Shown here piece after piece: positions 9,794 through 19,561 of a stretch of DNA of 64,000 nucleotides (position 1 is the stretch's first letter; each line of letters starts with the position of its first letter). The notes below the pieces were generated by a model. The model made no database searches, was not told the origin of the DNA, and was given only the letters and a program-made list of their open reading frames with translations. A program made the position numbers and the translations under genes. The stretch is from assembly GCA_949297805.1 (NCBI GenBank), contig CASFTG010000003.1, positions 3,996 to 67,995 of the forward strand, in the 5' to 3' direction. Origin of the DNA: an uncultured bacterium. Lineage in GTDB: Bacteria > Bacillota_I > Bacilli_A > RFN20 > CAG-826.

Positions 9794-11518
9794 ATGCGGA
9801 ACGAACACCCCAAGCCCGATTTAGTCCACGAATCCGGATATTTGTCTTTGAATGGAAAATGGCAATTCGCCCTTGATGACGACGGATCATTCGCGAAAAG
9901 CGACTGGCTGGATATTGGTGTGGCCTTGCCACGGCAGATCGAGGTTCCTTTCGCTCCGGAATGTGCCCTCTCCGGCATCGCTGATCCTTCTTTCCATGAT
10001 CATTGCTATTACAAAACGGCGATTGAGATTAAGAAAAAAACGAATCGGTCCTATCGGCTGACGTTTCTGGCCGTCGACTATGAGACGACCGTTTACGTGA
10101 ATGGGCAGGAAGTTTGCCGCCATATCGGCGGGGCGACCTCTTGGAGCTGTTTGATTGAAGACTATTTACATGATGGTTCGAATGAAATCGCCGTCCACGC
10201 CTATGATCCAGGGCGCCGGAAAGATATCCCTCGGGGAAAACAATATTGGAAAGAAAAATCCGAGATTATCTGGTATACCCGAACCTCTGGCATTTATCGC
10301 AGCGTCTTCCTTGAGGAATTGCCTAAAGACCATATCATCCACTTGGCGATCAATGGTTCGTGGCTTAAAAAACAGGCGATAGTCAAAGCCGAGGTTACCG
10401 ATCCGAGCCATCCGTTGGTCTTGTCGCTAGTCAAAGACGGGAAAACCATTAACCAAGTCCAATTTAACCTTCAGAATAATGGGCAATATATTTGGGATTT
10501 AGCTGAGCCTGAGCTTGATCCGTGGTCGCCGGAGAAGCCGACCCTTTATGAAGTGGTGGCCCGATACCAGGATGACTTGGTCCGTACCCGGGTGGGGTTC
10601 CGCGACATTGAGATTGAAGAGGGTAAGGTCTTGCTTAACGGGCAACCGCTTTTCCAACGGCTAGTCTTGATCCAAGGATATTATCCGGGTGGGAATTTGA
10701 CACCTGAGACCAAAGAGGCATTCTTAAAGGATATCCGTTTGGCCAAAGCGTTAGGGTTCAATGGGGCCAGAATTCATCAAAAGACTATCGATCCCTGGTT
10801 TTATCATTACGCTGATGAAGAGGGGTTCCTATTGTGGGGCGAATCGCCGAGCTGTTTTGAATTTAGTCCTTCGGGATCGAAAGCCCTGTATGAGGAGTGG
10901 ACGGCGATCGTCAAAGAATCATTCGGCCATCCTTCGGTTATCGCTTATACGCCAAACAATGAGTCTTGGGGGATTGACGATATCTCCCGTTCGGCAGAGC
11001 AATTGGCGTTCTCGGAACTGATGTACCATCATCTTAAAGCAATCGATCCGACCCGGATGATCGTTTCAAACGATGGGTGGGAGAACCCGATGACCGATTT
11101 GGTTGGGGTCCATGACTATAGCGATGACAATGAGCCGAATTATTCGCGCTTTATCTCCCGCCTTAAATCGAAGGGGGCGATGGAATCCGATCCCCCGAAT
11201 TTCGACCGGCCGATTTTCGCGCCGGGCCGGGCCGATTTGAGCAAACCGTTCCTATTAACGGAATATGGTGGGATTTCCTATAACGCCTCGGGGCAAAAGG
11301 CGACATGGGGATATGGTAAACAAGAAAGTCAAAATGGCTTCCTTTCCCGTTATCGGAAAACCCAGGAAGCGGTGATCGCTTCGCCATATCTAGTCGGTTA
11401 TTGCTACACCCAGCTTTATGATGTCGAGCAGGAAAACAATGGGCTGTGCACTTTTGACCGAAAGCCTAAAGCGGATGTGGCTCTATTGAAGGACATCAAT
11501 CTTCTTTCCTCTGAATGA
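9794..11518 (+). CDS. Glycoside hydrolase family 2 (beta-galactosidase/glucuronidase-like)
   Basis: 'SLNGKWQF', 'GFNGARIHQK', acid/base 'HPSVIAYTPNNESWG', nucleophile 'LTEYGG'. Confidence 0.9.
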   Translation: MRNEHPKPDLVHESGYLSLNGKWQFALDDDGSFAKSDWLDIGVALPRQIEVPFAPECALSGIADPSFHDHCYYKTAIEIKKKTNRSYRLTFLAVDYETTVYVNGQEVCRHIGGATSWSCLIEDYLHDGSNEIAVHAYDPGRRKDIPRGKQYWKEKSEIIWYTRTSGIYRSVFLEELPKDHIIHLAINGSWLKKQAIVKAEVTDPSHPLVLSLVKDGKTINQVQFNLQNNGQYIWDLAEPELDPWSPEKPTLYEVVARYQDDLVRTRVGFRDIEIEEGKVLLNGQPLFQRLVLIQGYYPGGNLTPETKEAFLKDIRLAKALGFNGARIHQKTIDPWFYHYADEEGFLLWGESPSCFEFSPSGSKALYEEWTAIVKESFGHPSVIAYTPNNESWGIDDISRSAEQLAFSELMYHHLKAIDPTRMIVSNDGWENPMTDLVGVHDYSDDNEPNYSRFISRLKSKGAMESDPPNFDRPIFAPGRADLSKPFLLTEYGGISYNASGQKATWGYGKQESQNGFLSRYRKTQEAVIASPYLVGYCYTQLYDVEQENNGLCTFDRKPKADVALLKDINLLSSE

Positions 11519-11605
11519 AAGAAACCGATAAAAATCCTTAGTGTTTTTCTTAAAAATCGAAACTATTCGGGAAAACATTGACGGTTGTTGTAAAATAAGG
11601 TGGCA

Positions 11606-12361
11606 ATGAAACTCGTATCCATCGTCGCTGACTCGACGAAAAACCTATATTTTGCCTTAATGTCCGACAAATTGGTTTCGCTTTTGACTGGCGATGGATA
11701 TCTAGTGGTGTCGTATTTGTTAAACGGGAGCCGAACTTTATTCGAGGCTTTAACCGAAGGCAACGCCATCGGCATCAAAGAGTGTATTTCTTATCTTGAG
11801 CCAACCGAAAAAGACGTTGATTATGCGTTAAGCAATGGAATCAATCTCTACTTGGTCGGGCGTCGAAGCCGGTTCCCCTCGGTCCGTTCTGTTTATACCG
11901 ATGACGTCAAAGGTGGGCGGTTGGCCGCTGAGTTTTTAGTGGCCAAACAATGCGAGTCGTTCGTTTATGCCGGATTGCCTGGCAGCGAATGCTCGGTTCG
12001 ACGGGAGCAAGGATTTGCCCAATACCTTGAATTTAAGAATCGGGAGTATGAGATGGTACGAGTCGAGGATATCACCTTGTGCTTTTTGAAACGGAAGTTA
12101 GAAAAAGGGCGACTTGGAGTGTTCGTTTATTCCGATGAGGTTTTATTTAATCTGGTGCTGTTATTTAAGCGGTTCCGCATTCCCAAGGGCAAGATTGAGA
12201 TGATCGGTTATGACGGGGTAAGTCGTGATTTTGAATGTATCGGGAATTTCCCTTCGATTTGCTTTTCTTATGATGAGATTGCCCAATCGGTCCGGGATAT
12301 GGTGGAAGGGCGAACCAAGGAACGGGAGATCGTCCATAACGTTAGCCTTTATCGGGTGTAG
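11606..12361 (+). CDS. LacI-family sugar-binding domain protein without the N-terminal HTH
   Basis: 'SVYTDDVKGGRLAAEFL', 'RREQGF', 'IGYDG' match the LacI/PBP effector domain; no HTH-coding sequence upstream. Confidence 0.7.
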   Translation: MKLVSIVADSTKNLYFALMSDKLVSLLTGDGYLVVSYLLNGSRTLFEALTEGNAIGIKECISYLEPTEKDVDYALSNGINLYLVGRRSRFPSVRSVYTDDVKGGRLAAEFLVAKQCESFVYAGLPGSECSVRREQGFAQYLEFKNREYEMVRVEDITLCFLKRKLEKGRLGVFVYSDEVLFNLVLLFKRFRIPKGKIEMIGYDGVSRDFECIGNFPSICFSYDEIAQSVRDMVEGRTKEREIVHNVSLYRV

Positions 12362-12821
12362 TGATACCGAGAGCATCTTAAGGCTGCGTTTCACTATTCT
12401 TTAATCCTTTTGATCGTCTTGATAAAACGGCTTGCCAAAGCCGATAAGGGATTGCCGATTTTTCAAAAATAAAAAGTGGACACCAGCATAATTATATCGC
12501 TCGAACATAGGGTGGTGCCCGCGGCTTTCCGACTTTAATGAAAGCTGATTTGAGATACATCTTCTCATTCCTGTTGACCCATCGGATATGGGGAGTCAAT
12601 GGAGGACAGACGATGTTAAAAGCAAACGGCTCATCTCCCGCGTATGGCTAATTCATTGATACAAAATCTACTCATACCATACCTAGAGCAAACTCCAGCA
12701 TATATCGTATGAATTCTGAAATATATCAGTGTACATCGATACTTTTTGTAAAAACTTCTTGTTGCCTAAATAGGAAGGGATGTTATAAACGAATAATAAT
12801 CACTCAGAAAGGAGCAGATAA

Positions 12822-14699
12822 ATGAAACCGAAAACAACCTTGTTCCCCTTATTGGCGGCCTTCGCTCTAGTTGGCCTTGCCGCCTGCGGGAACACCCCGA
12901 GTTCGTCGAGCTCGACCCCAGTGGCGCAATCGACTCCGGAGTCGACGCCAACCACCGCCCCGACTCCCGATTCCCCTTTGACCCCGATGCTAGAGGAACT
13001 AAAGGCTGGCTTTGCCTTGACCGGTATCATCGATGAGACCCAGGTCTGGACTTATAATGATGGGACCACCAGCAATACCCGGAACGCCCGGATCGTCGAA
13101 AGCGAAGCTATCGAAGGCTATGCCCATATCGAGAAGTATTCCGCTGCCTATGCCCAAGACGGCAATGACCCGGATGAGGTCTTGACCCCGAATAAACTCA
13201 ATCTTTCGTATGAGTATCGGTTTGCCGCCAATCCGGCGGCGGGGCAATTAAGCCAAGTCGAATTAGGGGCTGATAACCAACTCCGATACAACAACATCGT
13301 CGATAGCTCGACCAACGAGACCTTGGTTTGGGATGAGACCTTTGCCAATCCCTTTGCCTTGATGACCGCCGATATGTTCGAGGTTGATCCGAATGATGGT
13401 TCTCGTTATCACATGGATACCGACAATTATCTCTATGAACCGATCCTCCGGAGATTAGCCCACTATATATACGGGGAGCCAAACGACTATATCGTCGAGG
13501 AACTTGACCTTATCGTGAAGGATGGCCATATCGTCACCTATGAAGGGAACTTCGCCGATTATGATTACACTGGCTTCGTCTATACCTCGAAGATCAAATT
13601 CGAAGGGGATGTGGAGGCTTATGGGGCCGATGTCACCGAGGCTCCAAGCGTTGTCGATGGGGCTGAGATACCCGAGCTGAAGGCGGCCCTCGAATCGCTA
13701 AAAGGCCATAACTACACGGTGGTGACGGAAGAGATGAGCACCGATTGGGACGGCAATCCCGTCAGCACCTTCTATAAAGGGCTAAGCGATGGCGGCGACC
13801 ACATCCACCAATTGAATTACGTCGGCGATATCGAAGATAACGTCACGAGCGACCAATACCTCTATACCCAGCTTTCGGAAGAAGACAGCTGGGCCGAAGG
13901 CGGGATCGCCTACGATACCCAGATCGCGACCAACATCAAAGGGACTTGGTATGCCTTTGGTAGTCTAGTCGAGGATATGAAGCTGACCAGAGACCTATTG
14001 CCGAGCTTTGAGATCTCCACCGTCCTCTTTGAAGAAGGGGATGCAGAAGGGACTTATGTCTTAAAGAAGAACCTACCCGATTATTTCGTTGGCATTAGCA
14101 GTGGTCTCTATTCCCTCTTCACTGCGAACGATGCCGGAGCCTTGACCATCGATATCAATGATGATCGGGTTAAGTTCAGTTTGACCGCCGCGAGCAGCTA
14201 TGGCTCGAACGAGGTGACGACCTTCACCGATATTGGGACAACGACGATTGCTAATACCACGGTGGTTACGGATGATACTAACCTCACTAAATGGGAGGAC
14301 TACTTCGTTAACCAAGCGACGGTGGATTCGGTCTTAGCCGTTATCCCGAGCAATGTATTGAACTATGTCCCTTTGCCTAAGCTTCCGGATGGGGGATACG
14401 ACGGCAACCTCACCAGCGTGGGCGTCTATACCGATACCAACGTGGTCCAACTTCAGATTAGGCTGGATCAGTATGGGGATAACGTCGATGCTCAGTATGA
14501 GGATCTGTTGGTTCTTATCACGGCTGGACTCATTGAGAATGGGTTTGCCTTAACGAGCCTTGATCCGTGGTACGGATATACCTTTACGAAGGATGAGACC
14601 ATCAATGGTAAGGAGATGACCCTGACTATCTCGTTAGGGGCTAGCGGCAACTACTTCTTGGTCGACTTCGAACTAGCTGAGAAGACGGCTGAAGCCTAA
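12822..14699 (+). CDS. Acidic surface lipoprotein of unknown function
   Basis: SD AAAGGAG; lipobox GLAAC; Ser/Thr/Pro linker; followed by a terminator. Confidence 0.8.
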   Translation: MKPKTTLFPLLAAFALVGLAACGNTPSSSSSTPVAQSTPESTPTTAPTPDSPLTPMLEELKAGFALTGIIDETQVWTYNDGTTSNTRNARIVESEAIEGYAHIEKYSAAYAQDGNDPDEVLTPNKLNLSYEYRFAANPAAGQLSQVELGADNQLRYNNIVDSSTNETLVWDETFANPFALMTADMFEVDPNDGSRYHMDTDNYLYEPILRRLAHYIYGEPNDYIVEELDLIVKDGHIVTYEGNFADYDYTGFVYTSKIKFEGDVEAYGADVTEAPSVVDGAEIPELKAALESLKGHNYTVVTEEMSTDWDGNPVSTFYKGLSDGGDHIHQLNYVGDIEDNVTSDQYLYTQLSEEDSWAEGGIAYDTQIATNIKGTWYAFGSLVEDMKLTRDLLPSFEISTVLFEEGDAEGTYVLKKNLPDYFVGISSGLYSLFTANDAGALTIDINDDRVKFSLTAASSYGSNEVTTFTDIGTTTIANTTVVTDDTNLTKWEDYFVNQATVDSVLAVIPSNVLNYVPLPKLPDGGYDGNLTSVGVYTDTNVVQLQIRLDQYGDNVDAQYEDLLVLITAGLIENGFALTSLDPWYGYTFTKDETINGKEMTLTISLGASGNYFLVDFELAEKTAEA

Positions 14700-14705
14700 T
14701 TGATT

Positions 14706-14742
14706 AACCACCGGTTGAAAGGGAACAGCCGGTGGTTTTTTT
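14706..14742 (+). terminator. Rho-independent terminator
   Basis: AACCACCGG...CCGGTGGTT stem followed by a T-run. Confidence 0.85.
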
Positions 14743-14848
14743 GTATAGGTTTGTACAAAAGAACTGTTCGCTGGGCTTGGTTGCTTACAGTTATGCGATG
14801 AGTCGGTATGTTTGTTTGAAGGTACTCCAATGCCTTCAAGCGTATCTT

Positions 14849-15655
14849 CTAGTGGTTCGAATTCTTTGTTAGGAAATCACGGACCTTTGAATAGTTATCG
14901 ATTTCGATAGTTAATCCGAAGACAAAGGCCAACAAAACGTATATAACGGTAGTGTAGTAACGATACCGGCATTCGGACATCTTTTCGCCATTTTCCGTCC
15001 AATTTTTCCGTTCATTAAGCTTGTTGATCTTATCGATTACTAATGATGGGTGTTCCATGACATTATTCGAATCGAACTCATGTTGGTTGTAGTCCAGGAA
15101 TTTTAATGCCAAGGATTCGAAGTTTCGCTGAATATATTCCATGGTGTTGCAACCGTGGGTGGCCTCGTGATGTACGTTTAAAGGCGCTTTGTAGTCTTTC
15201 GTGAATGAGCGGAAAACTTTTTCTTGTCCGAGTATCGCTGCTTCATCGCCGATTACTTCAAAACAAGGCGAACTAATAAGGAGCAGGCCCTCCGACTCGT
15301 CGTTGAATTGCCCAAACATTGTTGACAAGTCTTCTTTATCATTGTGATCGACATCGAAAAGCAAAAATATTCCACGGAAATTCAATTGATTCAGATGAAA
15401 GAATCTTTCGATACTATCGGTGTTTTTATTGAACTTCGTGACGACATCATGAATTCGGCTCTGAGCGGATTGGGCGATGTAAATCGTTTTACCGGAGTCG
15501 TTGCTTAGTTGTTCGATTTGAAAGTCTTTAATCGAGTCAAAGCTAAATTTAGGAGTAATCCGCATCTTAAAGCCATATCGCTGAAAAACGGCTGATATAA
15601 CATTGACTTCTGCCTTTTCGCCTTCGACGATTAGCAGGTAACGGCTATTACTCAT
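14849..15655 (-). CDS. RloB/AbiLii-like TOPRIM-fold protein
   Basis: 'LLIVEGEKAE', 'LFDVD' and 'ISSPCFE' (RloB-like S.PCFE); overlaps the stop of the ATPase gene. Confidence 0.65.
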   Translation of the reverse strand: MSNSRYLLIVEGEKAEVNVISAVFQRYGFKMRITPKFSFDSIKDFQIEQLSNDSGKTIYIAQSAQSRIHDVVTKFNKNTDSIERFFHLNQLNFRGIFLLFDVDHNDKEDLSTMFGQFNDESEGLLLISSPCFEVIGDEAAILGQEKVFRSFTKDYKAPLNVHHEATHGCNTMEYIQRNFESLALKFLDYNQHEFDSNNVMEHPSLVIDKINKLNERKNWTENGEKMSECRYRYYTTVIYVLLAFVFGLTIEIDNYSKVRDFLTKNSNH

Positions 15656-16802
15656 CTGATTTCTTGATAGCCTCGTCGAACATTGAGCCTAGATACATTT
15701 TCTCGATGTTGTTGACTTCCCGAATATTGGGGTAAATGTTAGACAAGCGTAGGAGGGTTGAAAAACCGCGTTCCCATTTGGCGAAGTATATTTGATCGGG
15801 ACGGAGATAACGCATGGCGCTGGTGTTGTGACAGGAGAACACCAACTGGATTTTTTTGTCTCTCGCAACTTCAATGAAAGATTTAATGGTGGAAGGGTGA
15901 AGGGCGATATCGAGTTCGTCGATAAAGAAAACCGATTGTTGGGGCAACGACGTCAATATTGACAACAACAAGGAAGCGTTTCGCATTCCGTTGCTGATAA
16001 ACTGGAACCGTAGTTTCTCTTTGAAACCGTCATTGTCTTCGAGGACGATGTAATACTGATTGCCTAACAGTCCATTTGGCGACTTATTGTCTTTTTCGAT
16101 GGAATAGATTGGAAAATCATTGAACGTTGATAGGATCTTCTTTACGTTGCTAGATTGTTTAACAAGCAAATCGAAGATGTTTTGATTGAGGTAAAATTTA
16201 GAGGTAACGAATCCTCCTTGGTTGATTCGCGAGACATCGGCATGGACGAAGGAGGTTAGGTAAGAGAAAACGGTTTGAATTACTCCGTCGGTAATTTCGC
16301 TGCTGGCTAGTCGGCGAAGGAGCAATACCAATGGCGAATCATTTGGACTTAGGGTTCGCCTTTCCCCGTGGTAAAAGTAGTTTTGGCCTTTGCGCTCAAA
16401 CACGACGTCTTGGCCTTTGGCTAGCCGCTCGTGTGTAATGCCTTGGTTGGTAGAGGTGGCGACGATGTACTCAAATGTTGATTTGTCTAAATCGAATTGA
16501 ATGCTAATGGATCCAATTAAGCAGCTTGGATCCGGATTTTTCCTTGCGGTATATTGGCTAAAGAGCATGTCGTTGACCACGAAAGGGGCGAGTTGCTCGA
16601 CCGGATTGACCAATAGACTGATAAACTGGGCGATGGCGTTAAGGAAAGAGGATTTTCCCGATCCATTGTGACCATAGATGGCGACGGGGTTTACGGCATC
16701 GCCTAATATGTTTTCCCCTTCGTATTGGTAGTTGGCCTTGGTGAAATCCAAGGTTGCAACACCGATGGAGAAGATGTTACGAACAGTAATTTTCTTAAGC
16801 AT
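15648..16802 (-). CDS. AAA_21/ABC-type ATPase (RloA/AbiLi-like)
   Basis: Walker A YGHNGSGKS, 'ISNGMR', Walker B 'FIDELD..LHP', 'FSCHN', C-terminal 'KMYLGSMF'; ATG 16802 after GAGG. Confidence 0.8.
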   Translation of the reverse strand: MLKKITVRNIFSIGVATLDFTKANYQYEGENILGDAVNPVAIYGHNGSGKSSFLNAIAQFISLLVNPVEQLAPFVVNDMLFSQYTARKNPDPSCLIGSISIQFDLDKSTFEYIVATSTNQGITHERLAKGQDVVFERKGQNYFYHGERRTLSPNDSPLVLLLRRLASSEITDGVIQTVFSYLTSFVHADVSRINQGGFVTSKFYLNQNIFDLLVKQSSNVKKILSTFNDFPIYSIEKDNKSPNGLLGNQYYIVLEDNDGFKEKLRFQFISNGMRNASLLLSILTSLPQQSVFFIDELDIALHPSTIKSFIEVARDKKIQLVFSCHNTSAMRYLRPDQIYFAKWERGFSTLLRLSNIYPNIREVNNIEKMYLGSMFDEAIKKSDE

Positions 16803-17017
16803 AATTTCCTCGGTGTATATTTTATACAGCAAGGAAAATTAATACAAGGTGGCGCATTTCCGATTAGTATTTGCTAAAAATAAATTCTTAAAACTATGAG
16901 TTATGTCTTGACATTTATTGCGGGGGATATTTGTGAGTGTCTAAACTGAAGCGAAAATACGTTGATTTAAAGAGTTAAGTCCGTTTTAGAAGTCACGTCC
17001 TGCCCGACCCCTCGGTG

Positions 17018-17179
17018 CTATCGGATTAGGCTCGGCGTCAGCCTAACCTCGTCCGGCTTGATGAATCGGTACCTGTATAGGCCAGGTACCTTTTCAATGA
17101 GGAACGTTTTGGCCGAGATGCCTGGGCGGGTCAGGCTGAGTTTATTCCTGGGGTCGGAGCAGTAAAGCGGGACGGATTT
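17018..17179 (-). pseudogene. Decayed C-terminal fragment of an IS30-family-like transposase
   Basis: Minus frame reads KSVPLYCSDPRNKLSLTRPGISAKTFLIEKVPGLYRYRFIKPDEVRLTPSLIR*, resembling (from recall) Firmicutes IS30 C-termini 'S.PR..L...P...I.PDEV.LTP.LI'; no start codon, in-frame stop upstream. Confidence 0.55.
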
Positions 17180-17251
17180 TCAAAATAAATCGCCGATACC
17201 ATAATTTAGTCAATCAATGTATAGTTTTGTCGTGCCTAAAGGAAGAAAGCA

Positions 17252-18007
17252 ATGAACGATTATGGTTTAGTCAGCATCATCATGCCTTTGTATAACTATG
17301 GCCGGTTCCTTAATGCCGCCGTCGGGAGCGTCCTCTCTCAAACCTATATCAATTGGGAACTCATCATCGTCGACGATTGCTCGACCGACGATTCCTTTGA
17401 GGTTGCGGAAGAGCTATCCAAGAAAGATGAGAGGATACACGCTTATAGGCTGGAGAGAAATGGGGGAACCTCGGCGGCTAGGAACAAGGGGTTGGATTTA
17501 GCCAAGGGTGAGTTCGTGGCCTTCCTGGATTCAGATGATCAATATGATCCGACCTATTTGGAATCTCAGTTAGATTTGCTTATCAGTAACAACGCCGACA
17601 TCGCGGTTGCTAGTTATCGGCGCAAGGCGGCTCAGTCCACGACTGATTTCATCGTACCGGACGTCATCGACTTCAAGTCGATCCTTAAGGGCAATCCCAT
17701 GGCCCCGCTTGGTACCTTATACCGTTTCTCGAAGTTCAGGGATCTGCGGTTCCACTTGGATATGCGGAAGTGCGAGGATTACGTCTTTTTCCTGAACTTG
17801 TTCCAACTAGGGGCGGTCGCTGTTCCTAATAAAGCTGTCCTCGGGACCTTGAATATCCACGAGGATTCCAAATCCAAGAAGAAGCTGAAACTCATCAAAT
17901 GGCAATACCGGTCATACAAAGCCGTTGGCGTCAATTGGTTTATGCGCTGGTATTATCTATTCTGCTGGGGCGTTTACGGGATGAAGAAGTATCGGAACGT
18001 GAAGTAA
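17252..18007 (+). CDS. Glycosyltransferase family 2
   Basis: 'VSIIMPLYN', 'IIVDDCSTD', 'ARNKG', 'FLDSDD'. Confidence 0.93.
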   Translation: MNDYGLVSIIMPLYNYGRFLNAAVGSVLSQTYINWELIIVDDCSTDDSFEVAEELSKKDERIHAYRLERNGGTSAARNKGLDLAKGEFVAFLDSDDQYDPTYLESQLDLLISNNADIAVASYRRKAAQSTTDFIVPDVIDFKSILKGNPMAPLGTLYRFSKFRDLRFHLDMRKCEDYVFFLNLFQLGAVAVPNKAVLGTLNIHEDSKSKKKLKLIKWQYRSYKAVGVNWFMRWYYLFCWGVYGMKKYRNVK

Positions 18008-18046
18008 AAAAAGTTTGCGGCGAGTATCTCAAATTACGGATTAACT

Positions 18047-19555
18047 TTAGGGTCGCGAAAATATAGATTTGATTTTAGATACGCTTTGGCGAAGCGTTTG
18101 AATCACAAAAGAATCTTTAAGAATAATCTCTGATATTCCGTAGATGATTATTCCGAGAAAAATTGCCGTGAAGGTTACAACCCACGATAAAAGCGTTGAA
18201 TCTCCAAATGGCATATATGTGCAATACAAAAATACTCCGGCAAACATTAGTAACGAGCTTATCAAAGGCTTGATCATGTGGATATAAATAATCTTAGGAT
18301 TCATATGCCCGCGGGAGAAATAGAGCAATAGTGGTATTTGGATGATTTCTGCGGACAATTTGCCGATAGCGGCCCCATACGATTTTACGAATGGGATGGT
18401 GCAGCAGCAGATCACGATATTGCCAAAGCTAGAGATAAAGATACACATTGTCTGGGTCCAAACTTTATCCGCCGGTCGGTAATACATATCTCCATAAAGG
18501 CCGTTTAAGGCCGAAAGGACTATCACTGGGGCCATGACGTACACTAAATAGGTAGATTTTTGAAAATCCGGGCCAAAAAAGTCTGGAACGAAATTGCCGG
18601 CTATTGCGATTAAGCCAAAGCAAACCGGTAGGCTAAAAACCCAGAATGTATGGAATATTTTCTCTTTTTCTAATTCGATCTCTTCTTCGTTTCCTGTTTG
18701 CAGGAGATATGAGAATCTGGCTAACACGATTGTGGTCAGGGAACCAACCAACATGCTTAAGATTTGAACGATGCTAACGGCTTGACTGTAATAGCCGCTT
18801 TCATCGCCTTCATAGCCAAACAATCCCAATAACGTCGCATTTAGCGAGGTGAACAAGGTTACAGCAACGGTTGGAACAAAATAGCCAAATGATTTTTTAA
18901 TGACTAATACAAGATCGTTCTTGTTAGGTTTTATCAACGAAACTTCGCCTTTGATTAGACCAAAATATAATATGGCGGCTGAGATAAATTGGCTTCCGCA
19001 GTAAATTGTCATATAAATCGGAAGGTCGTTTTCCGTTTTTACCAGAACAAATATCAATATTGCCGATATGATTCTCACAATCATATTGCGGATGCTGACT
19101 GATACGAAATTTTCCTTGCCTTGAAAATAAAAGACTGGGTCGATGGCGGCAGCAAATATATTCAACGAAAGAATGCCAAACAGCAGCAAGGCTTGCTGAT
19201 CTGACCGGAAAATCGGGAAGATGGTGCAGAGATAGATAGCAACTGTAATAAAACCAAAACCTGATTTTGCAATCATTATGGAGAAAAAGCGTTTGCTTCT
19301 CTCAACTTTATCGGTTTGGGCGGTAGATATGAATTGAATTCCAAAAGTGGCGAATCCGAAAGAAGCAAATAGAACGAAATAGTTAACGATTGAGGAATAA
19401 TAGGATTGGATGCCTAGGTTTTCCGGCCCCAGTACCCGGCTGATGTAGGGGGAAGTGATGAAGGGGACGAGCAACGAAAGAACGCTATAAAGAGCATTGA
19501 AAATGGCGTTGATCTTGAGAGATTTTGTGTGAAGAAATTTGTATAGTCGGCCCAT
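18047..19555 (-). CDS. wzx: Wzx-type polysaccharide flippase
   Basis: 'PFITSPYISRVLGPENLG', many TM helices, polysaccharide-locus context. Confidence 0.88.
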   Translation of the reverse strand: MGRLYKFLHTKSLKINAIFNALYSVLSLLVPFITSPYISRVLGPENLGIQSYYSSIVNYFVLFASFGFATFGIQFISTAQTDKVERSKRFFSIMIAKSGFGFITVAIYLCTIFPIFRSDQQALLLFGILSLNIFAAAIDPVFYFQGKENFVSVSIRNMIVRIISAILIFVLVKTENDLPIYMTIYCGSQFISAAILYFGLIKGEVSLIKPNKNDLVLVIKKSFGYFVPTVAVTLFTSLNATLLGLFGYEGDESGYYSQAVSIVQILSMLVGSLTTIVLARFSYLLQTGNEEEIELEKEKIFHTFWVFSLPVCFGLIAIAGNFVPDFFGPDFQKSTYLVYVMAPVIVLSALNGLYGDMYYRPADKVWTQTMCIFISSFGNIVICCCTIPFVKSYGAAIGKLSAEIIQIPLLLYFSRGHMNPKIIYIHMIKPLISSLLMFAGVFLYCTYMPFGDSTLLSWVVTFTAIFLGIIIYGISEIILKDSFVIQTLRQSVSKIKSIFSRP

Positions 19556-19561
19556 CGCTTA

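Noticed and set aside
12505..12524. T-box-like AGGGTGGTGCCCGCG
   Set aside because: Deviates from GGTGGNACCGCG, has no following terminator or stem I motifs, and there is no amino-acid gene downstream
16977..17179. SRP RNA, 6S RNA, TPP riboswitch or raiA-motif identity for the rod
   Set aside because: TCAGG..AGCAG spacing is wrong for SRP helix 8; there is no symmetric central bubble for 6S; TPP and raiA similarities are only short words
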